Position numbers and translations under genes: made by a program. The notes beneath the pieces were generated by a model that saw only the letters and a list, made by a program, of their open reading frames with translations, was not told the DNA's origin and searched no databases. Positions 16,466-24,126 of a stretch of 32,000 nt of DNA are shown piece after piece. Source of the DNA: Candidatus Saccharimonadota bacterium (GTDB lineage: Bacteria > Patescibacteriota > Saccharimonadia > Saccharimonadales > Saccharimonadaceae). The stretch lies in NCBI GenBank assembly GCA_001897305.1, contig MKSO01000001.1, positions 510,001 through 542,000 on the forward strand. The letters are read 5' to 3'. Numbering within the stretch: the stretch's first letter is position 1; every line of letters begins with the position of its first letter.

Positions 16466-16598
16466 GAGAAGAAACTCCTTTACCCATCTAACGCTTGGGT
16501 AGCGACTCTGTAACCTCTCCTCGAATCGTAGACTCTTACAATAAGACAAGTGACTTACGTCTGGCCGAGTTTTCAGAAGTAATTAATAATACTCTCTT

Positions 16599-16627
16599 AT
16601 TATAGCACGTTTAGGGGTCGTTGACAA
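16599..16627 (-). promoter_or_regulatory. Near-consensus promoter for rpsJ: TTGTCA-17 nt-TATAAT
   Basis: On the minus strand the -35 element is at 16622-16627 and the -10 element at 16599-16604. The resulting leader of about 125 nt contains a 6-bp hairpin (16481-16501) that abuts the SD. Confidence 0.55.
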
Positions 16628-16664
16628 ACCTCGCCGTCCTCCGGGACGAGCGGGGTCTTCGCAT

Positions 16665-17594
16665 TTAGTAGTAGTACCCTCCGCCAAGAATATCCCAGTA
16701 CTGTTCGAGGGTTTTTATGCCTCTCGCCTGCATATCTTTTGCAACCGCCGTACCGACATAGCGATAATGCCACTCTTCTGCCTTATAGCCTGTGATGTTT
16801 TCATAACCTGCATAGTAGCGCTGAATAAACCCGTAGTCGGCTGCGTTTGCCTGAAGCCATTGGTACTGAGAAGTTGCCCCAAAACAATCTAATACACATG
16901 AACCGGCAGCGACATCAAAAGCCAGGCCGGTCTGATGTTCACTATAGCCAGGGCGAGCACTATAGGTATCAGCCCCCTCTTTTCCACTTACAGACACCCA
17001 ATAATTGTACGTACTTACTTGGTCGCCATAGGATCGATAGCTGCTGGTTACAGAGAAGCCTTGGCCAGCGGCGGCGGCAGCAGCAAAGAGCTGGTTATAT
17101 GCAGAAATTGCCTTGGCGCTTAAGGTCGCTCCGTTGGAAGTCACAAGATCACCCGGCGCGTAACTTAATGGTTGAAGACAATGTTTTTTATTAACCAGCA
17201 CATCAATGTTCGCCGGGTTACTATGAGAGCTTGCCGTGTTACATGCCGATGAATTAATTGTTGATACGGTTGATTCATTAGCCGTTCGAGCTGCGTCGGC
17301 AGCTTCGTTAGCCGCTTTTTCTCTCGCTGCCTTCGCCTCTGCTCTAAGTTTAGCGTTAGCCACCAGCTGATCATTTGCCTTTTTTAGTAACTGCGAGGTA
17401 TTGGCATTAGCCTGACTTATAGATTGGTCAATATGTGCGTTATACCAGTTATTAAATACAAGGCTTGCAAGTAGCGGCAAAATAATAAGCGAAGCAATGA
17501 GCCAATAACGGCGCACGAAAGTGACGGGAGACTTCTTATTTTTTGTCGATTTCACTCTCTCTATAATAGTACTTTTTGGCTTTTGTCCAAACAA
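16665..17594 (-). CDS. Membrane-anchored D-alanyl-D-alanine carboxypeptidase, peptidase M15B (VanY-like)
   Basis: Contains SSYRSY, GYSEHQTGLAFDV and AEEWHYRYVG, the VanY/M15 zinc-peptidase motifs. There is an N-terminal TM helix (YWLIASLIILPLLASLVF) and an A/K/E-rich coiled segment. The start is uncertain: TTG at 17594 lies inside the tuf terminator, and the alternative is GTG at 17553-17555. Confidence 0.85.
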   Translation of the reverse strand: MFGQKPKSTIIERVKSTKNKKSPVTFVRRYWLIASLIILPLLASLVFNNWYNAHIDQSISQANANTSQLLKKANDQLVANAKLRAEAKAAREKAANEAADAARTANESTVSTINSSACNTASSHSNPANIDVLVNKKHCLQPLSYAPGDLVTSNGATLSAKAISAYNQLFAAAAAAGQGFSVTSSYRSYGDQVSTYNYWVSVSGKEGADTYSARPGYSEHQTGLAFDVAAGSCVLDCFGATSQYQWLQANAADYGFIQRYYAGYENITGYKAEEWHYRYVGTAVAKDMQARGIKTLEQYWDILGGGYYY

Positions 17595-17615
17595 AAACCC
17601 CTGCTTTCACAGGGG
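17593..17615 (-). terminator. Rho-independent terminator after tuf
   Basis: On the minus strand the sequence is CCCCUG-UGAAAG-CAGGGG followed by UUUUU, about 20 nt after the tuf stop. Confidence 0.8.
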
Positions 17616-17636
17616 CTTTGCTTCAAAAAGTATAGA

Positions 17637-18818
17637 TTACTTAATGATCTTGGTTACCACACCGGCACCAACAGTCTTACCACCTTCACGAATTGCGAAG
17701 TTAAGACCTTGCTCCATAGCGATAGGCGCGAGAAGCTTTACGGTGAAGGTTACGGTGTCACCAGGGATAACGAGTTCCTTATCAGCAGGAAGCTCAACTT
17801 CACCGGTAACGTCAGTCGTACGGAAGTAGAACTGTGGCTTGTAACCCTTAGAGAATGGAGTGTGGCGACCGCCTTCTTCCTTCTTAAGGATGTACACTTC
17901 AGCTTCAAACTCGGTGTGTGGAGTAATTGAACCTGGCTTAACAATAACCTGGCCACGTTCGATGTCATCACGCTCGATACCACGAAGCAGAAGACCGGCG
18001 TTGTCACCAGCTTGACCGCGGTCAAGGTTCTTCTTGAAGGCCTCGATACCAGTAACAGTTGAGGTTTGAGTTGCCTTAACACCAACAATTTCAACTGGGT
18101 CGTTAATGTTAATAACACCAGTTTCGATACGGCCGGTTGCAACAGTACCACGACCCTTAATTGAGAAGACGTCCTCGATAGGCATCAAGAATGGCTTGTC
18201 AAGGTCACGTACTGGCTCTGGGAAGTACTCGTCCATAGCAGCAACCAATTCCATGATTGCGTCTTCAGCAGCAGCATCACCTTCAAGAGCCTTAGTAGCA
18301 GAACCCTTGATGATTGGAGCGTCTTCGTCGTATCCGTTCTTAGCAAGAAGTTCACGGATGTCCATTTCAACAAGCTCAACCAATTCTGGGTCAGCAAGGT
18401 CCATCTTGTTAAGGAACACAAGGATCTTAGGCACACCAACCTGGTGAGCAAGAAGAACGTGCTCACGAGTTTGTGGCAATGGACCGTCGTTTGCAGCAAC
18501 CACGAGGATTGCACCGTCGATCTGCGCAGCACCGGTGATCATGTTCTTGACATAGTCGGCGTGTCCTGGCATGTCAACGTGAGCGTAGTGACGTGTTGGT
18601 GACTCGTACTCTTGGTGAGAGGTAGCAATGGTAATACCACGTGCACGCTCTTCGGGTGCGTTGTCAATTTGGTCGTAAGCGATAGGTTTGTTTACATCGC
18701 TTGGAAGTTTCTTAGCAAGTACAGCGGTAATAGCTGCAGTTAGGCTGGTCTTACCGTGGTCAACGTGACCCATAGTTCCAACGTTAACGTGAGGCTTGCT
18801 TCGGTCGAAATCTGCCAT
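17637..18818 (-). CDS. tuf: Elongation factor Tu
   Basis: 393-aa ORF with ...[24 protein letters not shown]..., ...[13 protein letters not shown]... and ...[18 protein letters not shown]..., the GTPase G1-G4 motifs. Confidence 0.98.
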   Translation of the reverse strand: MADFDRSKPHVNVGTMGHVDHGKTSLTAAITAVLAKKLPSDVNKPIAYDQIDNAPEERARGITIATSHQEYESPTRHYAHVDMPGHADYVKNMITGAAQIDGAILVVAANDGPLPQTREHVLLAHQVGVPKILVFLNKMDLADPELVELVEMDIRELLAKNGYDEDAPIIKGSATKALEGDAAAEDAIMELVAAMDEYFPEPVRDLDKPFLMPIEDVFSIKGRGTVATGRIETGVININDPVEIVGVKATQTSTVTGIEAFKKNLDRGQAGDNAGLLLRGIERDDIERGQVIVKPGSITPHTEFEAEVYILKKEEGGRHTPFSKGYKPQFYFRTTDVTGEVELPADKELVIPGDTVTFTVKLLAPIAMEQGLNFAIREGGKTVGAGVVTKIIK

Positions 18819-18882
18819 TTAGTTAGTTCTCCTTTAAATTATAATTCGCATAGGATAATATACCCCACGGCGTATAGCAGTA

Positions 18883-18911
18883 ATTATAGCCTGTTTTTAG
18901 CCGAGAGTAAA
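18883..18911 (-). promoter_or_regulatory. Candidate promoter for tuf: TTTACT-17 nt-TATAAT
   Basis: On the minus strand the -10 element is at 18883-18888 and the -35 element at 18906-18911, immediately downstream of the 128-aa ORF stop. Confidence 0.45.
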
Positions 18912-18920
18912 GAGCCAATG

Positions 18921-19307
18921 TTAGGACGAAGACTGCATATCCACCTGCCAAATATCGGGCATCGTACTGTATTTAATAACCATCTTTTGATGCAACGCTT
19001 TTAGTTTTTCAGAATCGGTCTGGTTGAACTCAAACTGAGATGCTGCATTTCGCAATTTTTCGAGGTCGAACTCTTTGATGCAATCTCGAGCCCTACGAAT
19101 AATTTCCTGCATAAAAATATCGAGTGTTTCGTAGGCAAGCCAGGTATAGACTGCATCTAGACCTACGCCATGCACAATCTTACACCGCACCTGGTACCAA
19201 TATTCTATAAGTGATTGCCAATCATCGACGTTTTGTATTTCACCATTCCAGTGATTTGTTTCGTTTTTTAGGGGCTGCTTTTGCGTGACATCAACCAGAC
19301 GCTTCAT
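18921..19307 (-). CDS. Hypothetical protein, 128 aa, with a HEPN-like Rx4H motif (WYQVRCKIVHG; R41, H46)
   Basis: The ATG overlaps the stop of the upstream ORF (ATGA at 19304-19307). The R codon is at 19185-19187 and the H codon at 19170-19172. The predicted protein is helical. The family call rests on the motif only. Confidence 0.55.
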   Translation of the reverse strand: MKRLVDVTQKQPLKNETNHWNGEIQNVDDWQSLIEYWYQVRCKIVHGVGLDAVYTWLAYETLDIFMQEIIRRARDCIKEFDLEKLRNAASQFEFNQTDSEKLKALHQKMVIKYSTMPDIWQVDMQSSS

Positions 19308-19555
19308 GTAGACTTAAGTGGTGTCATGCTATTGCCAATTCGATAATCCTCCCAGATACCTACTCTTGCTTTTAGTAGCGTAATGGCCTTGCGGTCATTT
19401 GTCGTAACCGTCACTCGACGATACCACGCATTATATGCTGCATATAATAACATGAAGCGTTGCTCGTAATCTATCATTGATTTTTCATACAACTCACATA
19501 CCTTTTCAAATCCAAAAGGAACATTATAGCTGCCATTGTTCGATATGTCCGTCAT
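19304..19555 (-). CDS. Hypothetical protein, 83 aa (88 aa if started at 19570); possible N-terminal half of a split HEPN-like domain
   Basis: The ATG at 19553-19555 overlaps the RadC-like stop (ATGA). The segment RFMLLYAAYNAWYRRVTVTTNDRKAITLLKA resembles the first helices of some HEPN families, from memory and unverified. Confidence 0.5.
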   Translation of the reverse strand: MTDISNNGSYNVPFGFEKVCELYEKSMIDYEQRFMLLYAAYNAWYRRVTVTTNDRKAITLLKARVGIWEDYRIGNSMTPLKST

Positions 19556-20187
19556 AGGACGCTTCCCCATTCTTGACAGGAGGGTCCGTAAACCGCATAT
19601 ATCCCTTTGAGCTTTATGCCTAAAAGTCGTGAGGTTTCGTACATAGAACCCATAAGCCCTATTTCCTGTGGATTTGGCCCTTTAGTGCTATTTTTCGTCA
19701 CGATAAATATATACACGTTGCGAGCATGAACAGTAAGAGCATCGGTAAAAATCCGCTTAGCAATAAGGCTGTAGTGTTCATTTTTCACTAGGGTATACGA
19801 CTTATGATCGATTTCTTTCATAAAGCCGTCTAGCCAATAGCTCACGACTTGATGACCACGTATATTCGCCAGTTCACCAACGTATTTACTAACGAGTTCT
19901 GTCGACTCACGATCACCAGAATTCTCCATCACCATGCGCCGCCCAAGTTCGACCGCACCAAGCAACTGGCAGGCCTTAGCATCACCAAGTCCAACAATAC
20001 CAACAAGCGAGCTATACTGAAAGTTCCCTGCCAAAAGAAGACTTTCGACTCGTTTGGATAATTTTGCCGCCGAAACCCGAGCACTCCCAGAGCCAATAAT
20101 AAGTTGAATGAGCTCAACCAAGCTTAAGTAACGCACCCCTTGAGCACGCAGCTTTTCTCTTGGTTGTTCGTATAAAACTTGCCCCAT
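19552..20187 (-). CDS. RadC-like protein with a degenerate (probably inactive) JAB/JAMM motif, 211 aa
   Basis: The N-terminus PREKLRAQGVRYLSLVELIQLIIGSGSARVSAAKLSKRV...GLGDAKACQLLGAVELGRR matches the RadC helix-hairpin-helix region. In the C-terminal JAB region the expected HNHPSG...PS..D...DH is replaced by VTKNSTKGPNPQE...KG. Confidence 0.7.
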   Translation of the reverse strand: MGQVLYEQPREKLRAQGVRYLSLVELIQLIIGSGSARVSAAKLSKRVESLLLAGNFQYSSLVGIVGLGDAKACQLLGAVELGRRMVMENSGDRESTELVSKYVGELANIRGHQVVSYWLDGFMKEIDHKSYTLVKNEHYSLIAKRIFTDALTVHARNVYIFIVTKNSTKGPNPQEIGLMGSMYETSRLLGIKLKGIYAVYGPSCQEWGSVL

Positions 20188-20207
20188 ATCACTATGATAC
20201 GGGGCAA
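20179..20207 (-). terminator. Terminator-like hairpin after fusA that includes the RadC-like start codon
   Basis: On the minus strand the sequence is UUGCCCC-15 nt loop-GGGGCAA followed by GUUUUAU. The 3' arm is codons 2-3 of the RadC-like ORF. Confidence 0.4.
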
Positions 20208-20239
20208 ATCTTAACTAATTTTGAACTTTATTACTAAAG

Positions 20240-22333
20240 TTATTTATTTGTACGCTTTGCAATAATCTCTTGCATCACGTTTGGTGGTACTTCTTCGTAC
20301 TGGGCAAGTTCCATGGTTGAAGCGGCACGACCTTGGCTCATTGAACGAATGTCGTTGGTGTACCCAAAGAGGTTTGCAAGTGGTACGTAGGCACGAACCA
20401 ACTTAGCACCACCAGGAATGTCTTCCATGGCGTCAATACGGCCACGACGAGAGTTAAGGTCGCCGATGATGTCACCCATGAAATCTTCTGGAGTTGAAAC
20501 TTCAACTTTCATGACAGGCTCAAGGATAACTGGGCGCGCTTGTGGAATACCGGCCTTTACAGCCAATACACCTGCCAAGTTAAAGGCGAGTTCGCTTGAG
20601 TCGACGTCGTGGTAGCTACCATCGTAGAGGGTTGCTTTTACACCAATCATTGGGTAACCAGCGATCACACCGCCCTCGAGCGTATCTTTAATACCCTTCT
20701 GAACTGGTGCGCGGTATTCTTGCGGCACCACACCACCCTTAATTTCGTCAACGAATTCGAAGCCTTCACCAGATTCGGTCGGTTCGAAACGAATCCAAAC
20801 ATCACCATACTGTCCACGACCACCAGATTGCTTAGCATGCTTACCCTGAGCTTCAGCGGTACCACGAATAGTTTCACGGAAGGCCACTTGCGGTTCACCA
20901 ATGTTGGCTTCAACGTTAAATTCACGCTTCATACGGTCAACGAGGATGTCGAGGTGAAGCTCACCCATACCTGACATAATGGTTTGGCCGGTTTCTTCGT
21001 CGGTGTGAATACGGAAGGTTGGGTCTTCTTCGGCTAGACGCTGCAGGGCAATACCCATCTTTTCTTGGTCGGCTTTTGTCTTAGGCTCAACCGCAATCGA
21101 TACAGGAGGTTCTGGGAATTCAATTGACTCAAGTACGATTGGGTGTGCTGGGTCAGACAGAGTATGACCTGTGAAAGTCGTCTTAAGGCCAACAACGGCG
21201 GCGATGTCACCAGCGCCAACGTGGTCGATGTCTTCACGCTTGTCGGCGTGCATACGAACAATACGGCCAATACGCTCTTTTTCACCCGTTGTGGTGTTAA
21301 GCACATAGCTACCAGCTGTAAGCTTACCGCTATATACACGAACAAAGATTAGACGGCCAACGAATGGGTCGCTAGCGATCTTAAAGGCTAGCGCAGAAAG
21401 AGGCTCGCTGTCAGCAGGTTGGCGTTCAACGACATCACCAGTCTTAGGGTTGGTACCCTGAATCGCCTCAACATCAAGCGGCGAAGGCAAGAAGTCGTTT
21501 ACAAGGTCAAGCACCTTTTCAACGATTACACCACGGCCATCACCACCAGTCACGAGGAAGAAGTCACCGGCAAGGACACGCTTGCGAAGCGCACGCTTAA
21601 GCTCTTCAAGAGTGATAGACTCTTCACCTTCTTCAAGGAAACGTTCGAAGAGTTCATCTTCTGCTTCAACTGCTGCTTCAACTAATAGACTGCGAGCATT
21701 CTTGGCTTTTTCAAGCATGTCGGCTGGGATTTCACCTTGAACCAAAGCCTTGTCAGTATAGTCACTGTAGGTGTAGGCTTTCATGTCGAGAAGGTCAACA
21801 AGACCGTTGATGTCCTTTTCAAAGCCAATAGGAAGGTGCACAGGAAGTGCGTGCTTCGAAAGACGGTTGTGAATACTATCGAGAGACTTGTAGAAATCAC
21901 CACCAATTTGGTTAATCTTGTTTACGAAACAAATACGAGGCACGCCGTACTTGTTCGCCTGGCGCCATACGGTCTCGGTCTGAGCTTCAACACCCATCTT
22001 ACCGTCGAACACAGTGACCGCACCGTCGAGGACACGAAGTGAACGCTCAACCTCAGCGGTAAAGTCGATGTGACCTGGCGTGTCAATGATGTTGATCTTG
22101 TGACCCTTCCAGAAACACGTAACAGCAGCAGAGGTAATCGTAATACCACGCTCTTTCTCTTGCGCCATCCAGTCAGTGGTTGCACCGTCGCCGTCGCCAC
22201 GAACTTCACCAATCTTGTGGTTAATACCCGTACGGTACAAAATACCTTCAGTAGTAGTGGTCTTACCCGCGTCAATGTGGGCAATAATACCAATGTTTCG
22301 ATAGTCCTTAAGTGGGACGTTTGCTTGAGCCAT
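20240..22333 (-). CDS. fusA: Elongation factor G
   Basis: 697-aa ORF with ...[21 protein letters not shown]... and ...[23 protein letters not shown]..., showing full five-domain EF-G architecture. Confidence 0.98.
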   Translation of the reverse strand: MAQANVPLKDYRNIGIIAHIDAGKTTTTEGILYRTGINHKIGEVRGDGDGATTDWMAQEKERGITITSAAVTCFWKGHKINIIDTPGHIDFTAEVERSLRVLDGAVTVFDGKMGVEAQTETVWRQANKYGVPRICFVNKINQIGGDFYKSLDSIHNRLSKHALPVHLPIGFEKDINGLVDLLDMKAYTYSDYTDKALVQGEIPADMLEKAKNARSLLVEAAVEAEDELFERFLEEGEESITLEELKRALRKRVLAGDFFLVTGGDGRGVIVEKVLDLVNDFLPSPLDVEAIQGTNPKTGDVVERQPADSEPLSALAFKIASDPFVGRLIFVRVYSGKLTAGSYVLNTTTGEKERIGRIVRMHADKREDIDHVGAGDIAAVVGLKTTFTGHTLSDPAHPIVLESIEFPEPPVSIAVEPKTKADQEKMGIALQRLAEEDPTFRIHTDEETGQTIMSGMGELHLDILVDRMKREFNVEANIGEPQVAFRETIRGTAEAQGKHAKQSGGRGQYGDVWIRFEPTESGEGFEFVDEIKGGVVPQEYRAPVQKGIKDTLEGGVIAGYPMIGVKATLYDGSYHDVDSSELAFNLAGVLAVKAGIPQARPVILEPVMKVEVSTPEDFMGDIIGDLNSRRGRIDAMEDIPGGAKLVRAYVPLANLFGYTNDIRSMSQGRAASTMELAQYEEVPPNVMQEIIAKRTNK

Positions 22334-22386
22334 GTCTCTCTCTTTCTTACTTATTTTTGGCCATAGAAAATAGCCGCTTTAACTCT

Positions 22387-22415
22387 ATTATAACAGATAC
22401 TAAGGCCTATGACTA
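22387..22415 (-). promoter_or_regulatory. Candidate promoter for fusA: TAGTCA-17 nt-TATAAT, overlapping the 3' end of the 333-aa ORF
   Basis: On the minus strand the -10 element is at 22387-22392 and the -35 element at 22410-22415. The ORF stop is at 22400-22402. Confidence 0.45.
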
Positions 22416-23401
22416 GTTACTGTATAAAAAGCTTTTCGCAACGATACTATTGATTTGATTGATGATAGTGGTACCGTATATGTCATTGATTCCTGTCGAT
22501 GATCCATAGGGTATACTCGTGACTTAACAACCAATTGGTAGCTGGAAGAAATACTGTTAGTATCTACCATTCTTGGAATCAAGTTGATGTTCGAGAGGTG
22601 GGTCATGGCGCGCATATTAGTGACTTCATAGCATATATTATGGCCCATCTTTTTATCTTTTCGAATAATCGGCCCCTCTATAACCGCTTCGTAAGGCATG
22701 TCCTTGTCAAGAACTATGAGGCCACGTAGATATTCTTTGACACAATTCCTTGATAGAGGGTCACTGAGATCAATCCACTGTTCTATATCCAGGTCAGCAA
22801 CCGCTTCTAATGCTTCTGTTTCGGACATTACACCCAAAAGTCGCCTATCAATTTCATCTACAAACAAAGGATATTGCAAGGTCACCCAATTAAAGGCCCT
22901 TTCTTTTGATGCTTTATCTGTATCAACAATAACGTCAGTAAGCTTACCAGTAGCTCTTACGTACTGCTCGCCCTCAGGCGGATTTGGTACACAGTCTGCG
23001 GGAACAACAAAGTCATGTAATAGTTCAGAATAAGATCGGTCATCTTTAATAGCCGACGTAGTGACTGCATTAAAACCGTTTGAGATAACCGTCGTATCCC
23101 AGAGTATTGCTTGACTTCTCTGTCCTTTACCATCTCTGTACTCAATCAACCCTCGAACCTTAAGCTTTTCTCCTAACCACTCCCCCCACTTGCGGTCAAA
23201 TTCCGCTACAATCTCCTGCCTGTGCTGTAAGCTGTTGGGTATAGTTGTAAGTAGTTCATTAGCCGAGTAGGCTTCGGAGAGAACTCTATCCATAGCAGGT
23301 TCGCGTAATAGACCAATTTGCTCCTCAAGGGCGGCGAGCGATCCATCGCTAACCTCAAGATTATTCGCATTGTTGTCGAAAGACTCATTTTCTGCTGACA
23401 T
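22400..23401 (-). CDS. Hypothetical protein, 333 aa (cassette ORF4), no recognisable domain
   Basis: ATG preceded by AAGAGGA 7 nt upstream and 18 nt after the ORF3 stop. The N-terminus is acidic and the rest appears mixed alpha/beta. The DNA is AT-rich. Confidence 0.7.
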   Translation of the reverse strand: MSAENESFDNNANNLEVSDGSLAALEEQIGLLREPAMDRVLSEAYSANELLTTIPNSLQHRQEIVAEFDRKWGEWLGEKLKVRGLIEYRDGKGQRSQAILWDTTVISNGFNAVTTSAIKDDRSYSELLHDFVVPADCVPNPPEGEQYVRATGKLTDVIVDTDKASKERAFNWVTLQYPLFVDEIDRRLLGVMSETEALEAVADLDIEQWIDLSDPLSRNCVKEYLRGLIVLDKDMPYEAVIEGPIIRKDKKMGHNICYEVTNMRAMTHLSNINLIPRMVDTNSISSSYQLVVKSRVYPMDHRQESMTYTVPLSSIKSIVSLRKAFYTVTSHRP

Positions 23402-23419
23402 AACTATCCTCTTTGACTA

Positions 23420-24109
23420 TCAATGGTCCAAAAGTTCGGCGAATTGAGCGTCCCAATCAATGTCATGTGCTGATTGCGCAAGCGCCTGCATTACTGCCCG
23501 CTCCTGCTTTGCGAAAAGTATTTCATGCTGATTGAAGGCTAGTTTCGCAACGGCTCCCGTGCCCGTTTCAAACATACGCTGCTTAGTAACGTCTTTGACA
23601 AACCGTTCACTCCAATGCTCAATAATATCGTTTGTCTGAGGACCCATTAGAACGAGCCCTCGGTGTCCCATATTTAAAATAGCTTCACTAATTTGATGAT
23701 GCGTATGTGCTTCATCATCAGTGTTATTTTCAATCCCACCTAGCTCAACATTGGAATATAACCGCAACGGCGAGAGTGCAGAACCGTGCGCTTCATATAT
23801 CAAAAGAGCACCAGCAGTCGCCCCAAGGTAAAAAGCCTCTTTAGACCTACGGTCTGAATCAATGAATTCACCGGTTGAGCGATCCATTGGCTCTACAAAG
23901 GCCGCTAACCGCTCCGTTTCTTGAAGAAAATTCTTAAAAGAATGTTTGTTTTGAAGAAATCGTGAATAAGCTACATCTATTGTAGTCTCGGATAAAACTG
24001 CATCTATCTTTTGAGCTGCAGTAAAATATTCGTCGTGAGTAGGGAGTTCTGGTATTGTCGGTTCGGGCATAGCAATCATTATACCCCGCACATCACGTGA
24101 CTCAAGCAT
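23420..24109 (-). CDS. Hypothetical protein, 229 aa by the ORF track (cassette ORF3), a paralogue of ORF1; the true start may be the ATG at 24068-24070 (216 aa)
   Basis: Collinear similarity to the 240-aa protein. From M14 the N-terminus MPEPTIPELPTHDEY parallels MLPTPEQLPTPNDY of ORF1. Confidence 0.7.
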   Translation of the reverse strand: MLESRDVRGIMIAMPEPTIPELPTHDEYFTAAQKIDAVLSETTIDVAYSRFLQNKHSFKNFLQETERLAAFVEPMDRSTGEFIDSDRRSKEAFYLGATAGALLIYEAHGSALSPLRLYSNVELGGIENNTDDEAHTHHQISEAILNMGHRGLVLMGPQTNDIIEHWSERFVKDVTKQRMFETGTGAVAKLAFNQHEILFAKQERAVMQALAQSAHDIDWDAQFAELLDH

Positions 24110-24126
24110 AAGCTAGGTAGTAGCAA

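Noticed and set aside
24080-24095. TATAAT inside the 5' region of cassette ORF3 (GGGGTATAATGATTGCTATG)
   Set aside because: It lies only 9 nt from the candidate ATG and inside the longer ORF, and there is no -35 element. It is probably a coincidence, though it adds to the uncertainty about the ORF3 start.
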